Shown: piece by piece, positions 38,121 to 48,222 of the stretch
Numbering within the stretch: the first letter of the stretch is position 1
How the letters are laid out: the number at the start of each line of letters is the position of its first letter
IMG/VR virus record: IMGVR_UViG_3300030339_000006
Length of the DNA stretch: 64,000 bases
Reading direction: 5' to 3' (one strand)
DNA from: a virus
Made by a program: the position numbers and the translations under genes
The notes under the pieces: model-generated
Database searches by the model: none
Seen by the model: the letters and a program-made list of their open reading frames with translations, nothing else
Told to the model about the DNA's origin: nothing

Positions 38121-39041
38121 TTAGTTGTGTAGACTGCCCCAGACGTCTTTGGTCGGAGCGGATTTGCTGGCGATCTGGCCGATCTCAGGACCGGCGATGG
38201 CTACTGTTCCACCTAGTTTAATCGCTTTGCCTGCTGAATTGGCGCCTTTAGCACCACCCCGCATGATCGAACCCGCCGCACGAATCAGGGAGCCAACGAA
38301 GGCTTCTTTCGTCAAGTGAGGTGGGCAGATAACTTCAGCGATCTTCGTCAGTTTCTCTTCGAGGTCTTGGCGTTTCATGCTAGCCTCTTTAGCCAGACCC
38401 AGAGAGTCCTGCAGAGCCTTAACGTTAAACAGGGCTTCTACGCCACGGATAGACGGGCCGGAAGCTTCCTTCACGTGACCGAACACCAGCGAGCAGAGCT
38501 CATTGTAACGCTTTGAATCTCCACCGGTCAACGCCGCAATCTTCATCAGGGCGTCAGGATCCTTGGCAACCACGGCAGCGGACTTCAACAGGCCTTCCGT
38601 GATGTTCATTTCCTCCATCTGCATGCTGCGAAGTTGCTCACGGCCGGCGTAGAGGTGCTTGGTCAGCTGCTTACGGGCTTCGATCGGATCGATGTTCGGT
38701 TCGTAGGCCGACGCGACCTTTTCCATCGGAGCTGACATCAGCGACAACGGGCTAGGGCGTTTCTCACTCGCAGCTTTCTCCATTGACGGAGTCAGGAAGT
38801 ACGCCATGATCTGCTCAGTGTTTGCCAGATCAAACTCCGCTGTTTTATCCATCGAGCCGTGTGGGCCAGAGAGATACGCTAGTTGGTTAACAGTTTCGAC
38901 CAGGCGGGCAACCTGGTCAGCGTTCATTTCGTTGGCTTCTGCGACTTTGATAATGCCGTCGTTCAGAGAGACACCACCGTTACGGTAGCGGGCTACCACA
39001 CCCGCCCCCACGTTCTTAAGGAAATCTACTGACATGTCCAT
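38121..39041 (-). CDS. Putative internal head protein, about 10 K-x-A motifs
   Basis: IIKVA, MDKTA, MEKAA, MEKVA, LLKSA, LMKIA, LAKEA, LTKIA, LTKEA. Confidence 0.55.
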   Translation of the reverse strand: MDMSVDFLKNVGAGVVARYRNGGVSLNDGIIKVAEANEMNADQVARLVETVNQLAYLSGPHGSMDKTAEFDLANTEQIMAYFLTPSMEKAASEKRPSPLSLMSAPMEKVASAYEPNIDPIEARKQLTKHLYAGREQLRSMQMEEMNITEGLLKSAAVVAKDPDALMKIAALTGGDSKRYNELCSLVFGHVKEASGPSIRGVEALFNVKALQDSLGLAKEASMKRQDLEEKLTKIAEVICPPHLTKEAFVGSLIRAAGSIMRGGAKGANSAGKAIKLGGTVAIAGPEIGQIASKSAPTKDVWGSLHN

Positions 39042-39685
39042 TAATCTTCCTTCAGGTCTTCTTCACTCGGGAACTGAATGTCATCCCCAGTGAACTGTTG
39101 CAGTGCGATATTGATGTCTTTCATAGCTTCATCAGTATCAGTCACCCATGTTTTGAGCAGACGGGCCGCTTCAACAGCCTGCTTCGTCCACTTCGCGGAT
39201 TCCTTGGACGCCTCAGAGGCGTTAGCGTTAAAGAACGCTTCCTTACTCTTGAAGTAACAATCCGAGAAGATACGGGTCAGACCCTCGACCGGCGAGACAC
39301 TGACTTCGTTACCAAAACGCCACTCGAGGAACTTCATGCCCTGAGTCAGGGCCCAAGTCTTCATCGTACGTTCGCTGGCTTCTTTGATGCTGTCAACCAT
39401 CGCCAAGCGTTGGAGTTTGGTCATCGCTTCCACGTCCCAGTATACCGTGCGGTAAATGTCCAGCACGCTCACCGGAACACCCAGGAAGGATGAGATCACC
39501 GCCAAGTCATTCGTGGCCAGTAGGCTAGACTCCACGTAAAGACGTTGTGTGCGATCCTTGTAGATTACCGTGGCTTCCGCAACCAGTTCGGCGAATTGGC
39601 CAGCCAGGAGCTGATCCACGATCGGATCAACCCCCTTGGTGCCTTTCGCGAGCAGTAGGCCGCGGTAGTTCGGTCCTTTAGACAT
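39041..39685 (-). CDS. Hypothetical protein with HTH-like segment
   Basis: DLAVISSFLGVPVSVLDIYR resembles a helix-turn-helix. Confidence 0.5.
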   Translation of the reverse strand: MSKGPNYRGLLLAKGTKGVDPIVDQLLAGQFAELVAEATVIYKDRTQRLYVESSLLATNDLAVISSFLGVPVSVLDIYRTVYWDVEAMTKLQRLAMVDSIKEASERTMKTWALTQGMKFLEWRFGNEVSVSPVEGLTRIFSDCYFKSKEAFFNANASEASKESAKWTKQAVEAARLLKTWVTDTDEAMKDINIALQQFTGDDIQFPSEEDLKED

Positions 39686-41555
39686 TACTGGCGATCTGCT
39701 CGAGCTTGATGTAGCTTTCACCAAGGTTCTGGTAAGAACTACGCAGGTTCGTCACCATGTTACTCAACGCCTCAGGGTCCAGTGAGTCGGACAGTCTGTT
39801 TGAGTTAACACGGGCCAGGAAGAGAATGCGACCGAGGCGGTCTACTGCACTCCCGATTTCCGGCAGATATTCGTTAATGGTTTCGAACATGTTCGGATCG
39901 CTCAGGAGCTCAGCGATGATTGTCGCTTCCACGACGCTCTTATCGTTGGTCTTCGCCGCAGCGTTCAGACGGTCGGTCTGACCCATTTGGCGTTCCTGAC
40001 GGCTACCCGCCATGGTCGGTGCGGGTGGCAGTTTCTGACCATACTCGAAGAACGGAGTAGGACGAGAACCTTCAACGGCAGCAGCCTGCTTGGACATGTG
40101 CATCCCGATCATCTTGCGTTCTTCCGCAGACTTCATCAGGTTTTCCGTGTCGATCGGCTGGAGCATCATGTTCTCGACCAGCATGCGAGCGGCTTCCGGA
40201 CGTCCACCCACTGGGCGACCATCAATAGCGAACTCACCATTGTGGAAGGACATGGTGTGGTAATCCGGCAGATACGACGTAGTGCGATGCTCGTGACGGG
40301 TAACCGTGGCTGCGATAGACTTCTCGAACTGAGAGCCCAGCGAAGAGCGGTGGCCGACGTACGCACGACAGACGGCATTCAGGAACACGTCCTGGCCCCC
40401 ACGTTCGTTGCTCTGGCAGTGAACCAGACCGTGCATACCTTCGGTTACAATCACGCGACCGTTGCTGCCACCCTGGAAGGTACCGCGGTAGGTCGTCGAG
40501 TGAGCATCCATCAGTGGCATTCCGTCAATGTCAAACAGGAAGTATCCCGTACCGTCGAAGAACATCACCTTCTTATCCTCTGCACCGTCCAGGAGTAACG
40601 CCAATTCACCGGCAGGAACGCCAGAGAGGTTTGCTGTCACTTCATCGTACGGCACTTCCTGTTGGTGGATCACGACGTCTTTGTCGACCAGGCCAAACTG
40701 ACCCTCTACCGTACAGACCAGAACCTGGCGAGTGTCTACCGGTGCTCCGCATTGACGCAGTACCGCGATTGGGATTTCCCCACCGCCGACACCTTCCGCC
40801 ATGTACGCGTGGCCTTCTTCAGCCGCTTTCAGCTTGGTGTAATGGTTCGCACCGGCAGACTCAATTACCACACGGGTCGTCGAGTGTTCCCCGGCGATGT
40901 GGTAACCCTTTTGCACGATATCCTGAACGGCTTCGTGAGACAGTGGAGCTCCACCGGCTGCGAAATCAGGAGTGTCAGTCAGCACTTGGGCTTCTTTCAC
41001 CATCTGAACTTCGGGCAGTTTCTCAACCGTACGCAGGGCTTCGGCGAACTTCTCCAGGTTCAGCAGACGGCCGATCGAGTCGGAAATCTCTGGGTTCTGG
41101 GTCAGCGTGTCTGCCAGTTCGCCGCGAATCGCAGGATCGGACATCGCAATGATACCGTCCAGGCGGCCATCGCTGGCGTACATGAACTTACCGGTACGTG
41201 GTGGAACGACCAGATCTTTAAGGTCTGGGTTGGAAATAGCACCCTGTGGGGTACGGGCAGCGGCACCCATCCCGGCGTTCTGAGCGGCACGGACTTGTTC
41301 GATGGTCTTCTTGGTTAACGGGAAGAATGCCTTACGATCAGCCAAATAGATGGAATCGATAGGGAAAATTACCCCGCCGCGGGAGATCACCGGAATGTAG
41401 AACAGGTTCCCACCATTTCGCATGATGAAGACGCCTACCTCTACCCCGTCTGACTCGGACAGTTCAGAAGACATGTCTTTGAATGCCACGATGTACTTGC
41501 TCAAGCCGGGAGAAGCCGCGTTAAGCTTTTCCAGAGCCATCTGACTAAAATTCAT
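39678..41555 (-). CDS. Large putative head/core protein
   Basis: TAAAAT motif upstream; K-x-A motifs; first gene of the head operon. Confidence 0.55.
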   Translation of the reverse strand: MNFSQMALEKLNAASPGLSKYIVAFKDMSSELSESDGVEVGVFIMRNGGNLFYIPVISRGGVIFPIDSIYLADRKAFFPLTKKTIEQVRAAQNAGMGAAARTPQGAISNPDLKDLVVPPRTGKFMYASDGRLDGIIAMSDPAIRGELADTLTQNPEISDSIGRLLNLEKFAEALRTVEKLPEVQMVKEAQVLTDTPDFAAGGAPLSHEAVQDIVQKGYHIAGEHSTTRVVIESAGANHYTKLKAAEEGHAYMAEGVGGGEIPIAVLRQCGAPVDTRQVLVCTVEGQFGLVDKDVVIHQQEVPYDEVTANLSGVPAGELALLLDGAEDKKVMFFDGTGYFLFDIDGMPLMDAHSTTYRGTFQGGSNGRVIVTEGMHGLVHCQSNERGGQDVFLNAVCRAYVGHRSSLGSQFEKSIAATVTRHEHRTTSYLPDYHTMSFHNGEFAIDGRPVGGRPEAARMLVENMMLQPIDTENLMKSAEERKMIGMHMSKQAAAVEGSRPTPFFEYGQKLPPAPTMAGSRQERQMGQTDRLNAAAKTNDKSVVEATIIAELLSDPNMFETINEYLPEIGSAVDRLGRILFLARVNSNRLSDSLDPEALSNMVTNLRSSYQNLGESYIKLEQIASNV

Positions 41556-41604
41556 AGTTGGGTTCTCCGTTAAATATACACTATTTTAGTTAATCACTCG
41601 TATT

Positions 41605-43014
41605 TTAGCTATTCATAGCGTCGAGGATTTCCTTGGTCAGGCTATCTTTGTTGGCTGCCGAGTGGTGCAGGTAGTCATCAATGCCTTGTCCACGAGAGAT
41701 CTTACCGAAGAGCTTGGGTTTGGTTGCGAGATATCTCATCACCCGTACTTTACGCTCTTCCTCAGGCAGGTCTGCGTGGGAACGGTAACGAATGCCACGA
41801 CCGATAACCTGGTTGATCTTCTCGTTGTTAAAGTGAGGCTCCATCCCTTGGAACGAACGGGTGCCCTTTAAATCCAAGCCTTCTGAGCCGGCTGACGACA
41901 GGAGGATCGCTTTGATCTTCCCTTCGTTGTAGTCACTGATAGCCTGCTTACGTTCCGAAGACGTGGTACTGCCGGTAAACATCGCAGCAGAAATCTTTTT
42001 CGCCACCAGTTGTCGGTGGGCCTCTTCCAGGCCGGAGCCCAGGTAGTTAGAGTAGATGATACCCTTGTGATTAGGATTATCCTTCATCATCGTCTCAAAG
42101 TCACTGACTATTCGATCAATCTTTGGCGCCGACGGTTTACGCGTGGTGTATTTAGCGTCGGTGTTACTGATCTGTCGAACGGCCTGAGAGAAGGCGTTCA
42201 GGTTCTGCTGCTCTTTCTTATCCACTGGAAGGTTCATACGGATCTTCAAGCGAAGAGGGAGGGGGATCGTGTCTTCTGCGTACTGGTAAGCCCGCAGCTG
42301 GTCCGGAGACATGTCAACGTGCACCATTTCGTCAGTACGGTCCGGGAAGTCCTGCTTCATTTCCTTCATGGCATCGAAGCGGTCCATGTACTCTTTACCC
42401 AGGCGACGCAGTTCCTTCTTGTTCTTCACAGACAGCTTATCACCGGGTTTCACCCCGAGAATACGCAGGAGTAGGCCTGGCTTGACTTTGTCATGCTGGA
42501 TGAAGGCCTGGTCGAACTTGTCTGGATCTTCCGGCATGACTGACTTGCCGGCCGTCGTGTTGATGACCTTGGCGATGTCAGAACGCTGGTTGTAGATCGG
42601 CGTACCGGTTAACAGCAGGCGTTGCTTGGCGGAACGAGCCAGATCGCGTACGGCGTCGGAGCGAAGCCCCGGGTTACGCACACGGTGGGCTTCATCGAGC
42701 ACCACCAAATGGTAGCCTTTGGCCTTGTAATCCTTCGCTTTTCTCTGAGCACCTTCGTAGGAATCGATGTCGATGTTCGAACGGATGTGCTTAGGGATGT
42801 TGTGCTTGTCCATTTCCTTCTGCATGTTGTCACGCAGCGGAGCCGGAACGATGAACAGGGCACGGGCCCCTGGATTCTTCTCAATGACACCGCGGGCGGA
42901 ATCGAGACTCTCGAGGGTCTTCCCTGACCCAAGAGAATGATAGGCCAGGACAGATTTGCCCGAGCCGATCTTGTCGGATATCCGCTGTTGGTGGTCCTTC
43001 AGCGTGTAATCCAT
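41605..43014 (-). CDS. SNF2-family helicase/ATPase
   Basis: HSLGSGKT, LDEAH, LLTGTP, GSEGLDL, QVIGRGIR. Confidence 0.9.
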   Translation of the reverse strand: MDYTLKDHQQRISDKIGSGKSVLAYHSLGSGKTLESLDSARGVIEKNPGARALFIVPAPLRDNMQKEMDKHNIPKHIRSNIDIDSYEGAQRKAKDYKAKGYHLVVLDEAHRVRNPGLRSDAVRDLARSAKQRLLLTGTPIYNQRSDIAKVINTTAGKSVMPEDPDKFDQAFIQHDKVKPGLLLRILGVKPGDKLSVKNKKELRRLGKEYMDRFDAMKEMKQDFPDRTDEMVHVDMSPDQLRAYQYAEDTIPLPLRLKIRMNLPVDKKEQQNLNAFSQAVRQISNTDAKYTTRKPSAPKIDRIVSDFETMMKDNPNHKGIIYSNYLGSGLEEAHRQLVAKKISAAMFTGSTTSSERKQAISDYNEGKIKAILLSSAGSEGLDLKGTRSFQGMEPHFNNEKINQVIGRGIRYRSHADLPEEERKVRVMRYLATKPKLFGKISRGQGIDDYLHHSAANKDSLTKEILDAMNS

Positions 43015-44834
43015 TAGTAACGACCTCCTTCGCCTTCACCGAACGCACCGCCGAGAATGTACGGGGCAATAGGGTCAGTGCTGCTTGATGGTGATTCCAT
43101 ACCTTCTGCTGCGGCCTCAGTCAGCGTCTTGCCGATCTGTTTGAACGCCAGGCGGGATAGCCAGTTGGTGTCTTTCAACTTCGCTGTCTTAATCCCCGGT
43201 ACCATTGGCTCTACTTCCAAGCCAGAACGAGACGTGTGAACCTCGTCGATACCGTGTTTGCTCAAATACGCCAGGTGGTTGCTGTCCAGGATTGTTCCCG
43301 GGGTCAACTCCAAGACTGGACGAGCCAGTTTCTGTCCGGTAGCACGCTCAATAGGCATGACCTGCGAGTCACGAGCCATTTCGTCGGCAATGTGGTTCAC
43401 GGTCACAACCTGGCCCGGAAGATACGCCGTAGTACCCGGATCCTTCACCTTCACGTATTTGACCAGATTCTTCGCGATCAGATCGAAGTGACGCGGGTCC
43501 AGTCCGCCGCCGTAGATTTCATACAGCTTGTTGGACATGTAGCGACGACCGTCACCGATGCCACGCAGGGCCACCAGCTCACGGGTGTTGATCGTACCGG
43601 TAGACAGAGCCTCACCGGTCTTCACTTTGTCGCCTTCCTTCACTGCCAGATCCTGGGAGTTCGGGATGAAGTACTCTTTGTCACCGACGTGCAGCGTGGT
43701 ATCCCCGAGAGTCGTGGTCTTGATCGTGTGAACAGAACCGTTACCCTCTGCGATGATCGCTTTGTCCTGGAACTTCTGTGGGTTGACCAAGAGGTTAGAC
43801 GTCAAGTCGTACGGGTTGATGGACTTACCGGATTTCGCGTTATGCTTAGTACCCAGAATCATCTGTGTCAACACTTCGGAGGCCGACTGAGCCGCCACGA
43901 CACCGACGTTCTCTCCGATATCCGGGATGTGACCGTTGGCATTCAGACCGTAACACTTCTTACACACGCCTTCTTTGGCCTGGCAGGTCAGCGTATTGCG
44001 GACTTTGATACTCTTCACGCCGTCGTGTTGCAACTGGCGGTAGTAAGCTTCGTCGATCAGGTGGTTTGTGCCGGCAGTGAAGTGGAAGATTACCTTCTTC
44101 TTATCCGTCGGATCCATCTTCTCGACCAGGCCATTCGTCGTGCCACAGTCGTCTTCCGTGATTACTTCGTGGTACAGGTTCGGAGTGATCGATTTGAACA
44201 TGTCGCCAGGCTTGGAGGTAGACAACTGAGCTCCCACGGTGTTACCGCGTCCCCAGTATGACATGGCCAAGTGTTCGGCGGGACTCAGACCTTCGGCGAA
44301 GGAGTGCATGATCGCCAGTGGGATCGGTGAGCCATCGATCTTCTTTGACTGAATCGGTGAGCTGGTAGCCTGTTGGAGCTGATCCGGGTTACCACGAGCA
44401 CCGGTCTGAGCCATCATAGCCGCCGTCGACTTGCGGGCCACCATGTAGTTCAGGTTCTGGTCGGTCAGCAAGCGTTGATACTTGGTTGACACGTCCAGCA
44501 GTTTTTCACGGCGTTCACGCTCGGAGAGACCCTTCTCGTCGTTCACGTGGTTAGTTGCCGCTTCGTATTCTTTGAGCATGGCATCACGTTCGTCTGAGTC
44601 GTTGTAGTAGTCAGAGAGTGGGGTGGAGTAGCCGTGATCGGTTGCTGTGTGGAAAAACAGGTGTGACAGATTCGAGATCGTGTCAGCTGCTTGATCTCCA
44701 CCGTGGGTAATGACGTTAGCAATCAAATCCTTAACGCCGTTCTTGTTCAGCACTGTGTGCGGGTCGAAGTGCTTCTGTGCTGCTTCCGGTAGCATGCTCT
44801 TAATCTTCAGAGCGCCGGGGGTAATGATTGTCAT
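43014..44834 (-). CDS. rpoC: RNA polymerase beta' subunit, C-terminal half
   Basis: MMAQTGARGN, SFAEGL, bridge helix, ITEDDCGT, TC...GVCKKCYG, trigger loop GENVGVVAAQSASEVLTQMILGTKH. Confidence 0.9.
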   Translation of the reverse strand: MTIITPGALKIKSMLPEAAQKHFDPHTVLNKNGVKDLIANVITHGGDQAADTISNLSHLFFHTATDHGYSTPLSDYYNDSDERDAMLKEYEAATNHVNDEKGLSERERREKLLDVSTKYQRLLTDQNLNYMVARKSTAAMMAQTGARGNPDQLQQATSSPIQSKKIDGSPIPLAIMHSFAEGLSPAEHLAMSYWGRGNTVGAQLSTSKPGDMFKSITPNLYHEVITEDDCGTTNGLVEKMDPTDKKKVIFHFTAGTNHLIDEAYYRQLQHDGVKSIKVRNTLTCQAKEGVCKKCYGLNANGHIPDIGENVGVVAAQSASEVLTQMILGTKHNAKSGKSINPYDLTSNLLVNPQKFQDKAIIAEGNGSVHTIKTTTLGDTTLHVGDKEYFIPNSQDLAVKEGDKVKTGEALSTGTINTRELVALRGIGDGRRYMSNKLYEIYGGGLDPRHFDLIAKNLVKYVKVKDPGTTAYLPGQVVTVNHIADEMARDSQVMPIERATGQKLARPVLELTPGTILDSNHLAYLSKHGIDEVHTSRSGLEVEPMVPGIKTAKLKDTNWLSRLAFKQIGKTLTEAAAEGMESPSSSTDPIAPYILGGAFGEGEGGRY

Positions 44835-44906
44835 GGAGACCTCCGTTTAGTTGATCAACTAGACCTATTTTACAGGGTATAAGTACTGTAGTGAATAGGA
44901 GAGTCT

Positions 44907-45170
44907 ATGTTCAAAATTCTTAAGAAATACTCTACCACAAGAGTAAGTTACAACGAACGGGCTACAGGTTGTGTAGACTACCTACCCGTTCAAGATCAGA
45001 TCTTCTTCGAAGATCACTACATAGGCGGAATACGCGTGTATCGAAGGATACTCTTCAGAGAAAGGATACCTGTGTACGCGTGGACCGCCAGTGCTGTTAT
45101 GGGCTTTACAGACTGGAAAACAGACTGCCCAGCAGACATTTGGAAACTTTGCACCGGGAAAGATCTATGA
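44907..45170 (+). CDS. Hypothetical protein
   Basis: RBS AGGAG after GGTATAA. Confidence 0.65.
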   Translation: MFKILKKYSTTRVSYNERATGCVDYLPVQDQIFFEDHYIGGIRVYRRILFRERIPVYAWTASAVMGFTDWKTDCPADIWKLCTGKDL

Positions 45171-45508
45171 AAACCAAAACTGTACTTGCTTTCGATACAC
45201 CCTTCATCACGTTCAAAGAGGATAACACCGTTTGGGTTTCAGTTGAATCCCTCTCGAACTTCCTCGGCCTGGGTTACGCAGAACAGGTGTACAACCTGTC
45301 CGGCGATACATCCATGCGGGAACTGGGGTTGAAGACCACCACTACCCCTGTCACGAAAGTCATCAGTGATGAGGGCCGGCAGTATCTTTGCATTCGACTC
45401 GAGGATGTCTCATTGTTTGCGGCCACGGCCACACTCGATGATCTCGGGAAGATTGATAACCAAAGACACTGCCGGGATGACCTGCCGGGTCTCCTGGCAG
45501 TATCCTGA
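45167..45508 (+). CDS. P22 antirepressor N-terminal/Bro-N-like protein
   Basis: F...EDNTVWVSVESLSNFLGLGYAEQ...GRQYLCIRLEDVSLF. Confidence 0.55.
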   Translation: MKTKTVLAFDTPFITFKEDNTVWVSVESLSNFLGLGYAEQVYNLSGDTSMRELGLKTTTTPVTKVISDEGRQYLCIRLEDVSLFAATATLDDLGKIDNQRHCRDDLPGLLAVS

Positions 45509-45529
45509 GGACCCTTACGGGTCCTTTTT
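45509..45529 (+). terminator. Rho-independent terminator
   Basis: GGACCC-TTAC-GGGTCC-TTTTT. Confidence 0.8.
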
Positions 45530-45566
45530 AGCTGCTGTGACATCGAAAGTCAGGGTCCTGTTCCCA

Positions 45567-45781
45567 AAATGTTCCAAAGAAAACCCAGATAGGACAAGGG
45601 CTTAGACGATTCTGTGACATTGTTACATCGGAACGTCTCCAACCCACCCTTATTAGAGACATCTTACCCCTATACATACATTACTATGGATCTTTAAATA
45701 GGTATATATAGGATACTACCTACTCTATGGGGATAAAGGGGGTGTGTGTTTAGGGGTGTTGTTCCTGTAACGGTGTCACAG
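45567..45781. repeat. Non-coding palindromic element, copy 2 (168 bp core 45613-45780)
   Basis: Direct repeat of copy 1 at offset 32,860; arms CTGTGACATTGTTACA / TGTAACGGTGTCACAG. Confidence 0.9.
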
Positions 45782-46400
45782 CCCGGTCACGATAGTACCC
45801 AATCATGTTACCTGCTGCGTTTCCTACCTTCGAGGCAAGATACGCGGTACCCAAAGATCCCCCGATGGCGAACAATGGGTTTGTCCCATTTGTCATCATA
45901 CGGGCAGCCAGAGGAACGACCGACGCGATACCCAGGGCAGAACCCATGTTTGAGTAACGTGACTGACGATCACTCATGATGTCCACGTGGGTCAGTGCTT
46001 CCGGGATCATATCCACAGAGTCAGCTGCAGCAATCGCTCCGTCTACTACTCGACGTCCGATTGCTCCCCCTACTATAGACCCGCCGATAGCGCCTGCAAC
46101 GCCCGCTGCGACCTTAGCACGCAGTGACCCTGGCATTGCTGCGGCTGCAAGGTAAGAACCCAGCAGAGAGCCTCCTATGCCACCTCCTGACTGGATTACG
46201 TCTTTGGCCACGTACCCCAGGTCATCGATCGGGCGATCCATCAGGGCCACCTTCTCGAGCGGTTTCTGACGGAGCAGAGCACGAATCTTCGCTTTGGCGT
46301 ATGACAGCGCCATTTTATGAGGACGAGGGTCAGTACTCGCCTTCAGCAGCACCTTGATTTCCGGGCTGCGGTATACTTCAGTTACGTTAGAATCCTCCAC
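45750..46400 (-). CDS. Gly-zipper membrane-type virion protein (putative)
   Basis: LEKVA followed by several GxxxG segments; start uncertain; the 3' end runs into the repeat element. Confidence 0.55.
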   Translation of the reverse strand: MEDSNVTEVYRSPEIKVLLKASTDPRPHKMALSYAKAKIRALLRQKPLEKVALMDRPIDDLGYVAKDVIQSGGGIGGSLLGSYLAAAAMPGSLRAKVAAGVAGAIGGSIVGGAIGRRVVDGAIAAADSVDMIPEALTHVDIMSDRQSRYSNMGSALGIASVVPLAARMMTNGTNPLFAIGGSLGTAYLASKVGNAAGNMIGYYRDRAVTPLQEQHP

Positions 46401-46545
46401 GTCTGGCTCCTAATTTCTTTGCACGACGGTACATACCGTTGATCGACATACGGGTGCCACGTAGGAGTCCGCGAAGAGCGATGAAGCTGCCCAGCCCGGC
46501 CCCGATCTTGATCCCCGTCTCCAGATAAGACTTTTGTTCATTCAT
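46387..46545 (-). CDS. 52 aa basic peptide with Gly-rich hydrophobic segment
   Basis: RBS GGAGG, TAAAAT upstream; MNEQKSYLETGIKIGAGLGSFIALRGLLRG... Confidence 0.6.
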   Translation of the reverse strand: MNEQKSYLETGIKIGAGLGSFIALRGLLRGTRMSINGMYRRAKKLGARRGGF

Positions 46546-46623
46546 AGTGTTCCTCCATTCAGCTCATATTTTAGGGTATAAGCAAGGTGTAGTAGAAACC
46601 ATTGTACCCCAAAGGAGGTGCCT

Positions 46624-46836
46624 ATGAAATATCGCATTACAGAAAGGATTGCCGGGTTCAACTACGCGGCAGGACTTCTGGCGAGCTCACGTGCCCTAAG
46701 CGATGATGACCTTCGTCTCGCGGTAAATACCATGATCGAAAACGCTGAGATAGCCACAGAGAGCTACCAGCGGGGCGTCGAAGATGCCCTTATGCATTCC
46801 CATCCGTATCTTTCTAGAAGACTCGGCCACTACTGA
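46624..46836 (+). CDS. Hypothetical protein
   Basis: RBS AGGAGGT. Confidence 0.65.
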   Translation: MKYRITERIAGFNYAAGLLASSRALSDDDLRLAVNTMIENAEIATESYQRGVEDALMHSHPYLSRRLGHY

Positions 46837-46894
46837 TCCCGCGAGGGACATTCTGAATGGTCTTCATTCACAATTTTCCTTAAAGGAGATTTCC

Positions 46895-47248
46895 ATGGAA
46901 ATCTTAAAAACCCCCATCACCTTCAACTTCTGTGGCCTCCTGTTGAAGTTCGTTATTGATCCATCTGGCCGTCGTCTGGTTGATTCCGCCAAGCTTTGGT
47001 CCGACCTGGAACTCTGGCAGCGTCCGGCTCCGGATTGCACTGAGTATCTGTATGAAGAAGATCGCGAGGGGATACCATCCTGGTCGGTCTCCCGGTTCAG
47101 TAACCTAGAGGATCTGAAGAAACGCCACGAGCAACTCTCCACGATCGCTCTGATGAAGGACAACAAAGGTTTCATCCAACTGGGCTTCCTGCTCGAACAT
47201 TACCCACAACTCCTAGCAAAGCTAGATAAGGACTTACAATGTCAATAG
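46895..47248 (+). CDS. Degenerate Bro-N-like protein
   Basis: RBS AAGGAG; TFNFCG...IDPSGRRLVDSAKLWSDLEL. Confidence 0.5.
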   Translation: MEILKTPITFNFCGLLLKFVIDPSGRRLVDSAKLWSDLELWQRPAPDCTEYLYEEDREGIPSWSVSRFSNLEDLKKRHEQLSTIALMKDNKGFIQLGFLLEHYPQLLAKLDKDLQCQ

Positions 47249-47862
47249 AAACATTCAACTTCCACGGTGAATCAATCCGCTTCAACTTAGACACCATGCA
47301 GATCAGCGTTTCGGATATTCTCTCCGTCATCGCCAATGACGTAAGCCAATTTGCCCTTGAGTCTAAATTCTCCTATTGGGTAGGCCTGGATAAAGTCATG
47401 GATGTCATCTCCGAAGGTTCGGATGGTTGCGGTGAATGTGGGGTCTGCACGATCTGGCTGTTGGAATTCGTCCCGACGTTGGTCAAGTGGTTGACCTGGC
47501 AGCATAGCGCCCTCGACCCAATCACGATCAACGAAGACGAATACAGCAAAGGCTTCAAAGAGGTCTACTGGGCACAGAAAGACGCCAAACACACTACCGC
47601 GTATCTGCTCTCAGGTGTTTTCACAGATTTGTACTCCCCGTGGGACGATCGCTGTGAAGTGAAGGTGGGTATGGGATACATTCCGTTAGAGGGTGAATTC
47701 CAGTACCGCGTCGTTCACGTGGTCCGTGATGTTGATATCGTAGAGGATGTCCCGGGTGGCTTCCCGCTCCGCTCTACTCGCTCGGTTACCCTACGTCTGG
47801 GTGTCGAAACGATCATCAAAAGTGCGGATCTCGGCAGCTTGCTCCACACGCTGTCCCGTTAA
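47239..47862 (+). CDS. Bro-N/KilA-N-like protein
   Basis: MSIETFNFHGESIRF...ISVSDILSVI. Confidence 0.5.
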   Translation: MSIETFNFHGESIRFNLDTMQISVSDILSVIANDVSQFALESKFSYWVGLDKVMDVISEGSDGCGECGVCTIWLLEFVPTLVKWLTWQHSALDPITINEDEYSKGFKEVYWAQKDAKHTTAYLLSGVFTDLYSPWDDRCEVKVGMGYIPLEGEFQYRVVHVVRDVDIVEDVPGGFPLRSTRSVTLRLGVETIIKSADLGSLLHTLSR

Positions 47863-47886
47863 AATCCGGGGTGGAGGTACCACCCT

Positions 47887-48222
47887 ATGATCGAAATTGT
47901 GTACTTGAACGGAACTCCGGTAAATACCATTAAGACTGACGCGATCTACGTCGATGTCGTGAAGTTCTGGAAGGACCTAAAGATCCGCGTGGATCTGGCA
48001 CCCCTTCCTCCTTTCACGGAAATCCTCACGAGCGAATCAGAGAAGAGCTTCGCACTGGGCCAGTACGTGACCCTTGAAGACTTCGTCCAAGCCGTTTCTA
48101 ACATGAACCCGATTGCCATCGATGCAGCTATTCAGCATGCGATTTCCGTCGGTCTCACGGAAGCGGTCACGACTTACTGGGCATCACTGCCGGAGTTCAC
48201 ACCTATCTACAAGCCCCGCTAA
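47887..48222 (+). CDS. Degenerate Bro-N-like protein
   Basis: YLNGTPV...IYVDVVKFWKDLKI. Confidence 0.45.
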   Translation: MIEIVYLNGTPVNTIKTDAIYVDVVKFWKDLKIRVDLAPLPPFTEILTSESEKSFALGQYVTLEDFVQAVSNMNPIAIDAAIQHAISVGLTEAVTTYWASLPEFTPIYKPR

